64,000 nucleotides of DNA, taken from positions 1 through 64,000 of IMG/VR virus record IMGVR_UViG_3300024265_000043. One strand, 5' to 3'. Positions 10,252 to 19,565 of the stretch are shown in pieces. The notes below the pieces were generated by a model that saw only the letters and a list, made by a program, of their open reading frames with translations, did no database searches and was not told the origin of the DNA. Position 1 is the stretch's first letter. Every line of letters begins with the position of its first letter. The position numbers and the translations under genes are program-made. The stretch is from a virus.

Positions 10252-11859
10252 ATGTTACGGGGCAGACCAATTAAATATGAAGGCATGGCGCTAGTCAGCA
10301 CTGTCGGCAGTGTTGTCGTTGGTGGTGAAACCCTTGTTTCGGATCTAACCCGCACTTATATAAAATTCAAACTTCTTCATTCCTTTCCTGTTATCAATGG
10401 TAATGGGATGACTTTTACCCCTCAAAATATTGCATTATCAATCGGTACCGCCGTCAATCAGCCTTTAGATCTTAACCATCAATTAGAAGGCAATCCAGTA
10501 GATGGTGAAGACAAAATTTTGGGGTCTATGATAAGAGCGCAGACCGATGCCAAAAGTGATTCCCCATTAATCCCTGAATCTCCATTTGTTGCGGAAGTTA
10601 TCGGTGTTTTGTGGAACCGGACGGAAAGCGCCCGCAAGGTTATTGAATCTCTTGGCACAGAAGAAAAAGAATACAAAGTGAGTATGGAGGCTGTCCGTAA
10701 TTCTGAAAACGATGGATGGTATGTAATGCGTGATGGAGAATGGCATTACGTTGCTTCAATCAGTGCAGAAGAATTTGAAAAATGGGAAGCCAAAAAATAT
10801 GATGAAGTTGGGTTAGCGGTTGGTGGCACTGGAGAAGATGGTACCACTAATTTTTGGGGTGGCGCTTTTACGCTCACTCCTGCCGACGAAAATGCAACAA
10901 TTGATGATGTTTTAATAGCCAGTTTTGATAACTGCGCAATCGCCACTTTGAGCCCTTCTACTGCTGGCGTAAACAAACCCAAGGAGAATAAAATGAAACT
11001 CAAAGAACTTATGGCTGCGATAGCCGCTGGCTTCAAGGCTGCTGTAAGCGGCAATGATTTAAATCTGACGGTCGGAGAAACAGAATACATAAATCCAGAT
11101 TTTTACATGTATAGTTCTGAAGACGGTGATGGCAAGAATACAGTTTATGCGTCATTGGTCACAAAAGTATCTGATTCAGACGGCATGCAGGAGACCAAGA
11201 GATTTGAATATGACGGATCAGTCGATGGCGATGAACTTGTTGCCGTCGAAGCATCAGCCGCAAAAATAAAGATGCCAAAAGAACTTCTTGCGGATATCGC
11301 ATCTCTTGAAGAAGAAAAATCGGAGATTGCGAGCAAATACAAAGATTATGTGTCCAAGGAGGATGCTGATAAAATGGTTACTGAGGCAGTTACGGCTGCA
11401 CTCAAAGCCGAAGAAGGAGATGGTAATATGGGTGACAAAATCACCAAAGACGAAGCTTCTGCTTTGGCGAAAGAAGAAGTTGATAAGGCAATGGCTACTC
11501 GCGATAAAGAAGATGCTGCCCTTGCATCGCGTTCTGAGCAACTTGAGGCTGGCGGCTTCACTTTGACTCCAGAGCGAAAAGAAGTTATTGCTGCAATTCC
11601 TTCCACTGATGAAGGCGATAAGGCCTTCAGTTCATACTTGGAAGGCCTCGTAGCAGGTCGTACAGAGATGAAAAAAGAACTCAAGGGCTCTGGCATTGAT
11701 ATTGAGGACAAGGGCGTTCAAGCTGCCTTGGCGTCAGTTGATAATGCGAAATCCACTGCGTTTTCGGCTGTAAAGGCTGCTCTTAGTTTAGGCGGTGGAG
11801 CGTTCTCCCCGACCCTGAATGCTGATGCTACCACTCAAAACACACCATCAATTGTTTAA
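10252..11859 (+). CDS. Prohead protease / scaffold protein
   Basis: INGNG, PLDLNH, VSME, PADENA protease-like motifs in N-half; acidic coiled-coil C-half; between portal and capsid. Confidence 0.7.
   Translation: MLRGRPIKYEGMALVSTVGSVVVGGETLVSDLTRTYIKFKLLHSFPVINGNGMTFTPQNIALSIGTAVNQPLDLNHQLEGNPVDGEDKILGSMIRAQTDAKSDSPLIPESPFVAEVIGVLWNRTESARKVIESLGTEEKEYKVSMEAVRNSENDGWYVMRDGEWHYVASISAEEFEKWEAKKYDEVGLAVGGTGEDGTTNFWGGAFTLTPADENATIDDVLIASFDNCAIATLSPSTAGVNKPKENKMKLKELMAAIAAGFKAAVSGNDLNLTVGETEYINPDFYMYSSEDGDGKNTVYASLVTKVSDSDGMQETKRFEYDGSVDGDELVAVEASAAKIKMPKELLADIASLEEEKSEIASKYKDYVSKEDADKMVTEAVTAALKAEEGDGNMGDKITKDEASALAKEEVDKAMATRDKEDAALASRSEQLEAGGFTLTPERKEVIAAIPSTDEGDKAFSSYLEGLVAGRTEMKKELKGSGIDIEDKGVQAALASVDNAKSTAFSAVKAALSLGGGAFSPTLNADATTQNTPSIV
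10993..11859 (+). CDS. Nested in-frame scaffold protein (internal start)
   Basis: AAGGAG SD at 10981 followed by in-frame ATG 10993. Confidence 0.55.
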   Translation: MKLKELMAAIAAGFKAAVSGNDLNLTVGETEYINPDFYMYSSEDGDGKNTVYASLVTKVSDSDGMQETKRFEYDGSVDGDELVAVEASAAKIKMPKELLADIASLEEEKSEIASKYKDYVSKEDADKMVTEAVTAALKAEEGDGNMGDKITKDEASALAKEEVDKAMATRDKEDAALASRSEQLEAGGFTLTPERKEVIAAIPSTDEGDKAFSSYLEGLVAGRTEMKKELKGSGIDIEDKGVQAALASVDNAKSTAFSAVKAALSLGGGAFSPTLNADATTQNTPSIV

Positions 11860-11871
11860 GGAGATTGAAAA

Positions 11872-12387
11872 ATGAGCGCTATAGATTCAGGACAGATTTT
11901 CTACAGGGGGGGAACTCCCATCCTCAATGGCAATCTTGCCGCACCTACTGCCGTTATGATAAGGGGAGTATGCGTCGTTAATAGTTCAGGCGCTGTGGCC
12001 CTAAATGGCGCTGCATCTCGACCTCTCGGCTTTTTGCAGAGTGAGGTTGTGCTTGAAGTTGACTACCAAGAACTGTTAAGGATTCCAGAATCCGTAATGT
12101 TTGAAGTGCCAGTTTCTGGTGGCGACGCCAAAATTAAGGTCCAGGTGCTTGAGATTCAAGATGGCATTAGTTATGTGGCCTATGGAGATGTTATTCATGC
12201 ATCAACAACGTTCGCAGTGGGCGATCTAGTATATGCCGTAGCAGCAGGCCAGATTGCAAAGGCGGCTAATGCTGCTGTCGGAGACTTCCCCATTGGCAGA
12301 GTAACAGAAATTGATATTACTGTTGAAAATACTGTTGACGGTGGCGTTGTCTGGAAAGCAGAATCTACATTAACAGCTAAGACTTAA
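11872..12387 (+). CDS. Head decoration / cement protein
   Basis: 171 aa, FAVGDLVY...G and PIGRV motifs, directly upstream of capsid. Confidence 0.6.
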   Translation: MSAIDSGQIFYRGGTPILNGNLAAPTAVMIRGVCVVNSSGAVALNGAASRPLGFLQSEVVLEVDYQELLRIPESVMFEVPVSGGDAKIKVQVLEIQDGISYVAYGDVIHASTTFAVGDLVYAVAAGQIAKAANAAVGDFPIGRVTEIDITVENTVDGGVVWKAESTLTAKT

Positions 12388-12400
12388 GGAGAAATGAAAA

Positions 12401-13516
12401 ATGATTAATGGACAAGGATATATTGATATCCACCCCCAAGCAGCCTTGCTGATGTCTCCTTCGAGACTGAAACAGTTGGAGGCTTCTGTTGCCGCGCTAA
12501 ACGAGAGAAAAGAGGCGCTTTCAAAGGATGATCGCGTCGCAGCATATCGTGAAGCATTCCGTGCTCTTGGTGATCCTGCAATAAGGCAGGCAGTTCTGGC
12601 TGGTATAGTTGAAACTGTCAACATCAACTATTGGGCTGGCAACCCAATGGACATGATGGCAGATCATAAAGAAATCACTGGCGAAAACAATCTGATTGAA
12701 ATTGTGAATAGAAGTAATCAGATTTGGAATGTCCTAACCGTGAATAGTCATGGCGGAAGTCCCCAGCAACATTTGATAAGAAAAAATACAGTCTCACGGG
12801 TTGAGCCTTATATTATTGATACGGGGCTCATCAAGGTACCATTGTTCAATTCGCTTGTCGGCGTTATTGATGTTGTCAACGAAGTGATGGAAGAAATGAC
12901 GATGTCTTTGAGTCAGCGTCGTAATACCGACCTCCAAACTGTCGTGGACGCGGCATTTGGGACCTATCCCACTGGCTCTGAGAAAACGGATGCCCGCGTT
13001 GCTACTGGCACTCGCCCGACCACAAGTGCAATTGACGATTCAGCAGAAGGTTCGTTTACACTGAAAGCTATGCAGGATGCTATCAATCATTTCATCCTCT
13101 TGAAGAAGACGCTCAGATGGATTGTGATCAATCCTCAAGACATGAGAGACACTTGGACGTGGCAGGAACTTGTTTCTACCGCCTCAAGCAATGGGTCTCA
13201 AGATGGTCGCGAGATGATCACTACGAAGATGCGTCAGGATATCTTTGATAAAGGTATGCCTGCTGGTTTCTACGGCATGACATTTAATTGGGTTCTTGAT
13301 GATACCAAAACAGCAGGCTCAATTGATGTTTATGCCGACGCTCCAATTACGAATTATGGTCGCCCAAGTGTCGATACTTCGTATATTTACGACGCTAAAG
13401 AGATGAATCTAGCAGGGCACGGCCTAAATCAGAATGGCATTCAAATGTATGAACTTATGAAGCCAGTTATTCTGACCAACCAGTTCCGTGACGCTCTCAG
13501 AGTCACATTCCAGTAA
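12401..13516 (+). CDS. Major capsid protein (HK97 fold inferred)
   Basis: 371 aa, strong SD, IVINP motif, position, followed by terminator hairpin. Confidence 0.75.
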   Translation: MINGQGYIDIHPQAALLMSPSRLKQLEASVAALNERKEALSKDDRVAAYREAFRALGDPAIRQAVLAGIVETVNINYWAGNPMDMMADHKEITGENNLIEIVNRSNQIWNVLTVNSHGGSPQQHLIRKNTVSRVEPYIIDTGLIKVPLFNSLVGVIDVVNEVMEEMTMSLSQRRNTDLQTVVDAAFGTYPTGSEKTDARVATGTRPTTSAIDDSAEGSFTLKAMQDAINHFILLKKTLRWIVINPQDMRDTWTWQELVSTASSNGSQDGREMITTKMRQDIFDKGMPAGFYGMTFNWVLDDTKTAGSIDVYADAPITNYGRPSVDTSYIYDAKEMNLAGHGLNQNGIQMYELMKPVILTNQFRDALRVTFQ

Positions 13517-13527
13517 ACAATAGCATT

Positions 13528-13561
13528 GGGGTGGCAATCGTATGGTTGTCACCCCTATTTT
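13528..13561 (+). terminator. Probable intrinsic terminator after capsid gene
   Basis: GGGGTGGCAATC-gtat-GGTTGTCACCCC followed by TATTTT. Confidence 0.7.
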
Positions 13562-13570
13562 GGAGGAAAG

Positions 13571-14071
13571 ATGAAAGTTTTACCAGCAATTAATCAAAAA
13601 GCAGCGATCTATATTCATGGATTGGCAAACAAACCTGTAGTAATTATGCCGCCAGCATATGGCAAGGCTCCTACCCCCGTCGAAATCAACGAAAAAGACG
13701 AACGGGTGATGAAGTTTATCAAGAAATATTTGGAAGAAGGTAAGATTCGAGAATTTAAGGGCGAGACCGAAACTGCGATTGAAGCCGCAGAGAAAGAGAT
13801 CCCCCGAATCGAAGGCGAACTTGAGAAGGCTCAAGATACTGCTATTAAGGCGAAGGAAAACCATGACGCGCAAGTCATCCGCCTAAACAATGAGACTACT
13901 ACCCTTGAAGGCATGGATAAGCCAACGAAGACGCAGGAGAAAAAGGTAGTGGCGGCACAAACCGCTTTTGACAAAGCGGAACTAGCGCTCAGTGCGGCAG
14001 ATGAAGATGTTGCCAATCTAAGCAATGAACTTGAGGCCGCTAACGATGAACTAGCGCGCTTAACCGAGTAA
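13571..14071 (+). CDS. Hypothetical coiled-coil protein
   Basis: GGAGG SD before ATG 13571; E/A/K-rich heptads. Confidence 0.7.
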   Translation: MKVLPAINQKAAIYIHGLANKPVVIMPPAYGKAPTPVEINEKDERVMKFIKKYLEEGKIREFKGETETAIEAAEKEIPRIEGELEKAQDTAIKAKENHDAQVIRLNNETTTLEGMDKPTKTQEKKVVAAQTAFDKAELALSAADEDVANLSNELEAANDELARLTE

Positions 14072-14079
14072 GGGTTATA

Positions 14080-14811
14080 ATGAAACCAGTTTCCACGAGA
14101 GATTTCAGCCCCGACAATTATTCTACGGGGCTGACGCCTATTACAACCCCAAATGCTCAAAATCCTGATGGTTTAAATCCTGATCTTGTTGTTAATGGGG
14201 ATTTTACTGCTGATGAAACTTGGGTTAAAGGCACTGGCTGGACAATTGGAGGTAATGTTGCCACAAAAGTAGCAGGCGTTGCCTCAGATTTAAAGCAGAC
14301 TATTGCTGGGCTTGATCTGAATACCGCATATCTTATGGTAACAACGGCAACTCGAACGGCTGGCAATTTGACTCCAAATATTGGTGGCAATAATGGCGCT
14401 GTTATTACTGGCGATGTAACCCTTCAATATGATATACTTCAGGCTGGTAGCGATGAACTGATCTACACCGCTGACGATACATTTGCTGGTACAGTCGTAT
14501 TATCAAAGGCAATCAAGATACTTGAGGCTGAAGTTCTATTAAAAGGATCAGCGGGAGTGCTCTATAGTCTCTCTGGTCATAATAATAATGCCACTGCGCA
14601 ATATATTATGATTTTCAAATCTGATTCTGCTGTTGATAATGGCGAAGTTCCATTTAGGCAGATACTTGTTGGCCCAAATTCTGATTATGAATTTGAACTC
14701 CCGATATTTGGCGATCATTCTCTTAACGGATGGTATTTATGTGTCAGCACATCAAATCTATATAAAACATTGGGATTGGCAGACTGCACGTTTGTCGCTC
14801 AATATAAATAA
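14080..14811 (+). CDS. Virion structural protein with carbohydrate-binding-like insert
   Basis: LVVNGDF...W..GTGW beta-sandwich signature followed by KGSAGVLYSLSG domain. Confidence 0.55.
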   Translation: MKPVSTRDFSPDNYSTGLTPITTPNAQNPDGLNPDLVVNGDFTADETWVKGTGWTIGGNVATKVAGVASDLKQTIAGLDLNTAYLMVTTATRTAGNLTPNIGGNNGAVITGDVTLQYDILQAGSDELIYTADDTFAGTVVLSKAIKILEAEVLLKGSAGVLYSLSGHNNNATAQYIMIFKSDSAVDNGEVPFRQILVGPNSDYEFELPIFGDHSLNGWYLCVSTSNLYKTLGLADCTFVAQYK

Positions 14812-15608
14812 TGACTTCCTCGTTTATATATTCACTTGATGCTGGATTGCAAATTTCTGCCGGATTAATTCCTAATCTTGAGCGGGAATTCAAATACGGG
14901 CGAAATCCTAATATCGCAAGTGGTGTTGTTTCTGATATTTGGGATTATGGCGGTACGGGAAATCAACCGATATATGTCTTCCCAGATTCTGCTGGTGAAG
15001 ATATGACCATTTCTAGCGACCTCGGGACTGATACTTCTGCGGGAGCTGGGGCAAGAACAGCTCAAATATATGGGCTTGATACAAATTTTAATCTATATAA
15101 CGTAGTATTGTCTTTAGACGGGCAAAATGCCGTTGCAATCCCAGAGAAAATGACTAGCGTTCATCGAATCATAATCAGAACTGATGGCAGTAGCGGGCTC
15201 AACGCTAATCTTGGTAATGTATATGTTGGGTCTGGAGCGGTTGCAGTGGGTAAACCTGCCAATGTTTTTGCAATGATTGCAGTAGGCAATGGTCGAACCT
15301 TAATGACTCCGTATATGGTCCCTGCTGGGCGCACTGCATTTATTTATAAATGGAATGCTTCGATTATAAAACCCCCTTCGGATTCGTCTGCGTCATTATT
15401 ATTTAAGATGAAGCCATTCGAGGAAGTATTTCAAGTGCAAGATTCTATTGGGTTGGTGACAGATGGCGATAATAATGAAAATTCAGATTTATGGGAATGT
15501 TCCCCGCTGCCAATATTTGAAAAATCTCAAATAAAGATTGAAGCGACTACGTTGGCGAGCAGTTTTATTATTGACGCGAAATATATTGGTTTTCTGAGGA
15601 AGAATTAA
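14811..15608 (+). CDS. Putative virion structural protein
   Basis: 265 aa beta-rich, FKYGRNP, GARTAQIYGLD, YMVPAG motifs; in morphogenesis cluster. Confidence 0.55.
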   Translation: MTSSFIYSLDAGLQISAGLIPNLEREFKYGRNPNIASGVVSDIWDYGGTGNQPIYVFPDSAGEDMTISSDLGTDTSAGAGARTAQIYGLDTNFNLYNVVLSLDGQNAVAIPEKMTSVHRIIIRTDGSSGLNANLGNVYVGSGAVAVGKPANVFAMIAVGNGRTLMTPYMVPAGRTAFIYKWNASIIKPPSDSSASLLFKMKPFEEVFQVQDSIGLVTDGDNNENSDLWECSPLPIFEKSQIKIEATTLASSFIIDAKYIGFLRKN

Positions 15609-16192
15609 TGGCCCTCTTTGACATAGCATTTAAGCGCACAATGGGTATCGAAGGGGCTTATGATAATGATCCCGACGATAAAGGCGGTGAGACTTGTTGG
15701 GGTATTGCCAGGAATTATCACCCTAGATGGAAGGGATGGGGTCGCGTAGATGCATTGAAGGCTGCAAATCCCGATCCAAAGAAATTCAAACATGCTCTAT
15801 CTGAAAATGGGCTACTTTTAAAGGCCGTGAAAGATTTTTACAGAGAAGAATTTTGGGATAAGGTAAGGGGAAATTCTGTTCCAAATCAATTCGTCGCAAA
15901 TGAGCTCTTTGATACAGCAGTCAATATCTACCCAGCCACTGCGATTAAGTTCTTGCAAGAGAGCTTGAACAAATTCAATTATAATCAGAGAGATGATTAT
16001 TACAATGACATGGAAGTTGACGGGATGATAGGTCCAACGACTTTAAGTGCTTTGAAGATATTTTTAATGCGCGATGATGTTGGATTATTATTAAGTTCTC
16101 TTAATGGCTTTCAGTGGCAGTATTATATGGAGCATAGCAACGAAAAGTTTCTTCGAGGTTATTACAATAAGAGGCTCGTAATTGAAGTTTAG
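15608..16192 (+). CDS. Endolysin, glycoside hydrolase family 108 with peptidoglycan-binding domain
   Basis: EGAYDNDPDDKGGETCWGI, LFDTAVN, VDGMIGPTTL. Confidence 0.9.
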   Translation: MALFDIAFKRTMGIEGAYDNDPDDKGGETCWGIARNYHPRWKGWGRVDALKAANPDPKKFKHALSENGLLLKAVKDFYREEFWDKVRGNSVPNQFVANELFDTAVNIYPATAIKFLQESLNKFNYNQRDDYYNDMEVDGMIGPTTLSALKIFLMRDDVGLLLSSLNGFQWQYYMEHSNEKFLRGYYNKRLVIEV

Positions 16193-16541
16193 TATAAATA
16201 AATTTATTCGAGAGCAGGAGAAGAATGTGAAGATATTTGGATTTGGTATGATGTACTGCTTCTTGATTCTAATGATGTTTTTTGGCGAAGATCTAAGAGC
16301 AAGAGTGTTTGATGGCAATTCTGATTCAAGCAAGTCTGTTGAAAAACTTGATGATCGTGTTCGTGCGGTTGAATATGAAACGAAACTTTACAAAGCCAGT
16401 GCGGTTAGCATAGCGGCCAATACGGAAATTATTCGGCAGATGCAGATAGTCCAAGAGAGGCTGCTTATGATGTCTAAGGCATTGGAATCTGATGTTAAAG
16501 GAATGCGGGATCGTGAATATGCCCGCCTTACCAAGGAATAA
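16182..16541 (+). CDS. Membrane-anchored coiled-coil protein (lysis accessory candidate)
   Basis: One TM helix then coiled coil; follows endolysin; alternative GTG start at 16227 with AGGAG SD. Confidence 0.5.
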   Translation: MKFSINKFIREQEKNVKIFGFGMMYCFLILMMFFGEDLRARVFDGNSDSSKSVEKLDDRVRAVEYETKLYKASAVSIAANTEIIRQMQIVQERLLMMSKALESDVKGMRDREYARLTKE

Positions 16542-16543
16542 TC

Positions 16544-16834
16544 ATGGAATTTTTGAATAGTCTTGTTGATCTTATAGCGAGCGCTGAGTTTTATGCGCTT
16601 ATTGGTACGTTGACTGCATTGCTTGTGGCTCTAGGGAAAGCCTTTCAGGCTCTTGGCAATCTTCGCGACAGGAAAAATATGGGCTTATCTGGGAAGGCGT
16701 TATGGGCGGCTGGAGAATTAGGTCGATTGGCTGAATGGTTAGCGCCAGGCAATGCCAACGAGAAGAATCATCCCGATACTGTGAAGACCGCGTTATATTG
16801 GGTTAAGAACACATTGGATCGACTGAAGAAGTAA
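16544..16834 (+). CDS. Small membrane protein (holin/antiholin candidate)
   Basis: N-terminal hydrophobic helix, in lysis neighbourhood. Confidence 0.5.
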   Translation: MEFLNSLVDLIASAEFYALIGTLTALLVALGKAFQALGNLRDRKNMGLSGKALWAAGELGRLAEWLAPGNANEKNHPDTVKTALYWVKNTLDRLKK

Positions 16835-17292
16835 TGGCTACTTCTTACACAGACCTGTATCCACTTATTCGCGCAGTCGTGGGCGATTTTGGCGTTAAAG
16901 ATAACAATGGCGATACCATCCCGAACAGGAATGATTATGATGACGGCGATGTTGATGCAGTTATTGATCTTACACTTTTAGAGATACCAAATTTTTCAGG
17001 GGATGGAACTGATATAACTCCCACCATCAGTACAGATGACGAAAAGGGTTTGATCATATTTTTGGCGGCATTATATTTGGCACTACCTAATGGTCCCTAT
17101 TCTTTGGAGTTGCCGAATATGTCTTATAGGCAGAGCGCGAACGATAATCTGATTGCCAATATTTACGGGAAGTATCGAAAGTATCTGGATAGCAACGGCG
17201 ATACAAGCGCTTTATTTGGCACCTATAACCTGCTATTCAACGCTAACAGGATAATTTCAAATAGAGTCCAAGAAGTGGTAAATCAGGTTTAA
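16834..17292 (+). CDS. Head-tail adaptor-like protein
   Basis: IRAVVGD, YDDGDV helical pattern typical of connector proteins; position. Confidence 0.5.
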   Translation: MATSYTDLYPLIRAVVGDFGVKDNNGDTIPNRNDYDDGDVDAVIDLTLLEIPNFSGDGTDITPTISTDDEKGLIIFLAALYLALPNGPYSLELPNMSYRQSANDNLIANIYGKYRKYLDSNGDTSALFGTYNLLFNANRIISNRVQEVVNQV

Positions 17293-17294
17293 TC

Positions 17295-17552
17295 ATGGTT
17301 AAAAAATCAACAAAGAAAAAATCTACTCCTAAGCCAAAGCCTGAGAAAAAAATTATTCCTGAGATATGGAAATGCAAAGTTGAATGGGCCGAATATAAGG
17401 GGCTTAAATACTCCAAGAAACGAGAAATACTTATTATGCCCGGCTCATTGACTGAAGATGATGAAAAGATCCTTAGGAGATATTTTAAAAAGACGGTTAC
17501 AAAAACCGAAACGATAATTTCTGAGCCAATTGAATTGGCGGAAGGAGAATAA
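17295..17552 (+). CDS. Lys-rich hypothetical protein
   Basis: 85 aa ORF tightly packed in operon. Confidence 0.55.
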   Translation: MVKKSTKKKSTPKPKPEKKIIPEIWKCKVEWAEYKGLKYSKKREILIMPGSLTEDDEKILRRYFKKTVTKTETIISEPIELAEGE

Positions 17553-17553
17553 G

Positions 17554-18321
17554 ATGGTTGCCACAAGAACGAACGTTGTTAAAAATTTAGATGAAGGCTT
17601 TCTGTATATAACCAGAGCCAACGCAAATAGTATTGTCGCATCGCGATCAGTAGGGCAGAGATTTTCCGTTACTGGCGCAACAGCTATTGCCACTCCATTA
17701 ACAGATGCCATTCGTGGCGCTGGATATGTGGGCTCTGGTGGTGCTGCCGCCACGGTTTTGGCATATGCGGTGGCTTTGACGGCAATTAATGATGCAACTG
17801 TCGTTACAGTTGGCGGGGAAACGGCCACATTCGCGGAAGGTGCTCCTCCAGGCACTGCCATACCGTTTTCGGGAGTTATTGATATTCAAGCCGTTCCAAC
17901 TGTTACAAGCGGTGTCGCTGGCGATATGTTCGCCATTGTTGAGCAACCCCCAACTTATTCCACTGGTCGTATTGATTACGTTCAATCAAAGAGTGATGAA
18001 CCCGCCGAATTGAATCGCGATATCCGCGATAAAGGTTCATTGGCACATCGTAAGAAAAATGCTCTTGAAATGGGCGTTTTGAGTCTGACTTCTTTCTATG
18101 AAAACAATCAGGCTGGTGTATCAAAATATGCTGGACAAGAAATTATTGTTGTCCTTGAGCGTGATGATGATCGTGGTAATGTTATATCGGAGAAAGAGAT
18201 TTATTATGGTGCTCGTATCAATGTGACTCCACCGATCAATGAGAGTACGGGAGACACAGATTCTGATACTACTGTCTCAATAAATTATGAGTTAAAAATA
18301 ATTGTTGGTGAATCTGTATAG
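17554..18321 (+). CDS. Tail-tube-like protein, paralog 1
   Basis: AAGGAG SD; shares N- and C-terminal blocks with 18384-19553; upstream of tail chaperone. Confidence 0.55.
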   Translation: MVATRTNVVKNLDEGFLYITRANANSIVASRSVGQRFSVTGATAIATPLTDAIRGAGYVGSGGAAATVLAYAVALTAINDATVVTVGGETATFAEGAPPGTAIPFSGVIDIQAVPTVTSGVAGDMFAIVEQPPTYSTGRIDYVQSKSDEPAELNRDIRDKGSLAHRKKNALEMGVLSLTSFYENNQAGVSKYAGQEIIVVLERDDDRGNVISEKEIYYGARINVTPPINESTGDTDSDTTVSINYELKIIVGESV

Positions 18322-18331
18322 ATTCCTGATT

Positions 18332-18371
18332 CTCACCTTCGTCTGCGATTTCCTCCAAGGGCGAAGGTGAG
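18332..18371 (+). promoter_or_regulatory. Intergenic stem-loop overlapping the SD of the next gene
   Basis: CTCACCTTCG / CGAAGGTGAG 10-bp stem plus G-U extension. Confidence 0.55.
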
Positions 18372-18383
18372 GGAGTTTAAAAT

Positions 18384-19553
18384 ATGACACGTACAAATAC
18401 AGTAAAAAATCAAGATGAAGGTTTCTTGTATGCAATCCCGAATCCCTATGTGGGAAATGGATTGATTTCACAAGTTAGCCTCAGCAACATGCAGGTTGAT
18501 TATGACAATCTAGCAGTTGCTAGTTTTGCCGTTGGCGATACAATAACTGGCGTCACTTCTAGCGCTACTGGCATCGTCGTGGATGTTTTCGAGGATGGAA
18601 CTACTGGTTATTTGATCCTTGATAATACATCAAGCAAATTCCAAGATGGCGAACAGATTGGCAATGGGACAGCTACGGCAGATGTCGATGGTATTCCAGC
18701 AGAATTTGCTATCGAAATTACAAGGCGTGCGGAGGATGTTTATACGCCAGCCGATGCAGAAGTGGTTGTGAGAGCCGTTACAGCGGTAGAAGGGTCCGCC
18801 GCTGACACAGTATTGACTGTTGCTCAGGAAATCACCTATACTGGCAAGGCTGGTGGCCCATATACGGTTGGTGAGACTGTCACTGAGAGCGTTTCTGGCG
18901 CAACTGGCGTTGTTGTTGCCGATAGCAATAGTGGTGCCACAGGCGCTGGTGTGCTTACTTTCAGTGGTATTGTAGGCACATTCACTGGCGGACAGACTCT
19001 TACTGGTGGTGGTTCAGGAGCAACTTCGACTGGAGTTGCATATACGGATCGCCAAGCAACATTTACTGAAGCAACTCAGCCAGATGAGGCAGTGCGGGTT
19101 ACTATTGGTGGTATTGCATTATCTCCAGTTATTGCAACTGGCGGCGCTGCGAAAAATACTTTCGAGATATTACGTGGCTTCCCTACATTCGGTAGCTCTG
19201 ATTATGGCATCTATATTACGTCCACGACTAGCGAGGAAGGCGAGCGTACAGTCCCAATTAGGGACAAGAATGGTCCTTTGCAAAGTAGAAAGCGTGTTGC
19301 TGATGTGGTGCGAACGCTATCTATTACGCATAATTATGTGAATGAACAAGCAGCACTACTTGCTATCGCCGGAAAGGATGCCGTCCTTATTTATGAGCGC
19401 GATGACGATCAGGCAGGTATTGCAACCGAAACTCGTGTATTTTTGCAAGCCAGAAACAATATGTTGAAAACGGCAAATGAATCAGAGGGCGCAGATATTT
19501 CTGATATAACCACTGATCTTAGATTTGAACGTTCATATTATTTGACTCCTTAG
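18384..19553 (+). CDS. Tail-tube-like protein, paralog 2, with two inserted repeat domains
   Basis: TRTNxVKNxDEGFLY start, ERDDD..G C-terminal block; two F/Y.VG[DE]T.T...S.ATG.VV repeats. Confidence 0.55.
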   Translation: MTRTNTVKNQDEGFLYAIPNPYVGNGLISQVSLSNMQVDYDNLAVASFAVGDTITGVTSSATGIVVDVFEDGTTGYLILDNTSSKFQDGEQIGNGTATADVDGIPAEFAIEITRRAEDVYTPADAEVVVRAVTAVEGSAADTVLTVAQEITYTGKAGGPYTVGETVTESVSGATGVVVADSNSGATGAGVLTFSGIVGTFTGGQTLTGGGSGATSTGVAYTDRQATFTEATQPDEAVRVTIGGIALSPVIATGGAAKNTFEILRGFPTFGSSDYGIYITSTTSEEGERTVPIRDKNGPLQSRKRVADVVRTLSITHNYVNEQAALLAIAGKDAVLIYERDDDQAGIATETRVFLQARNNMLKTANESEGADISDITTDLRFERSYYLTP

Positions 19554-19565
19554 CGAGGGCTGGTT

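Noticed and set aside
13526-13570. ORF-track N-terminal extension (also at 4079, 17530, 19913, 55725, 59046)
   Set aside because: These extensions run through terminators, structured elements or upstream genes; downstream ATGs have better SDs
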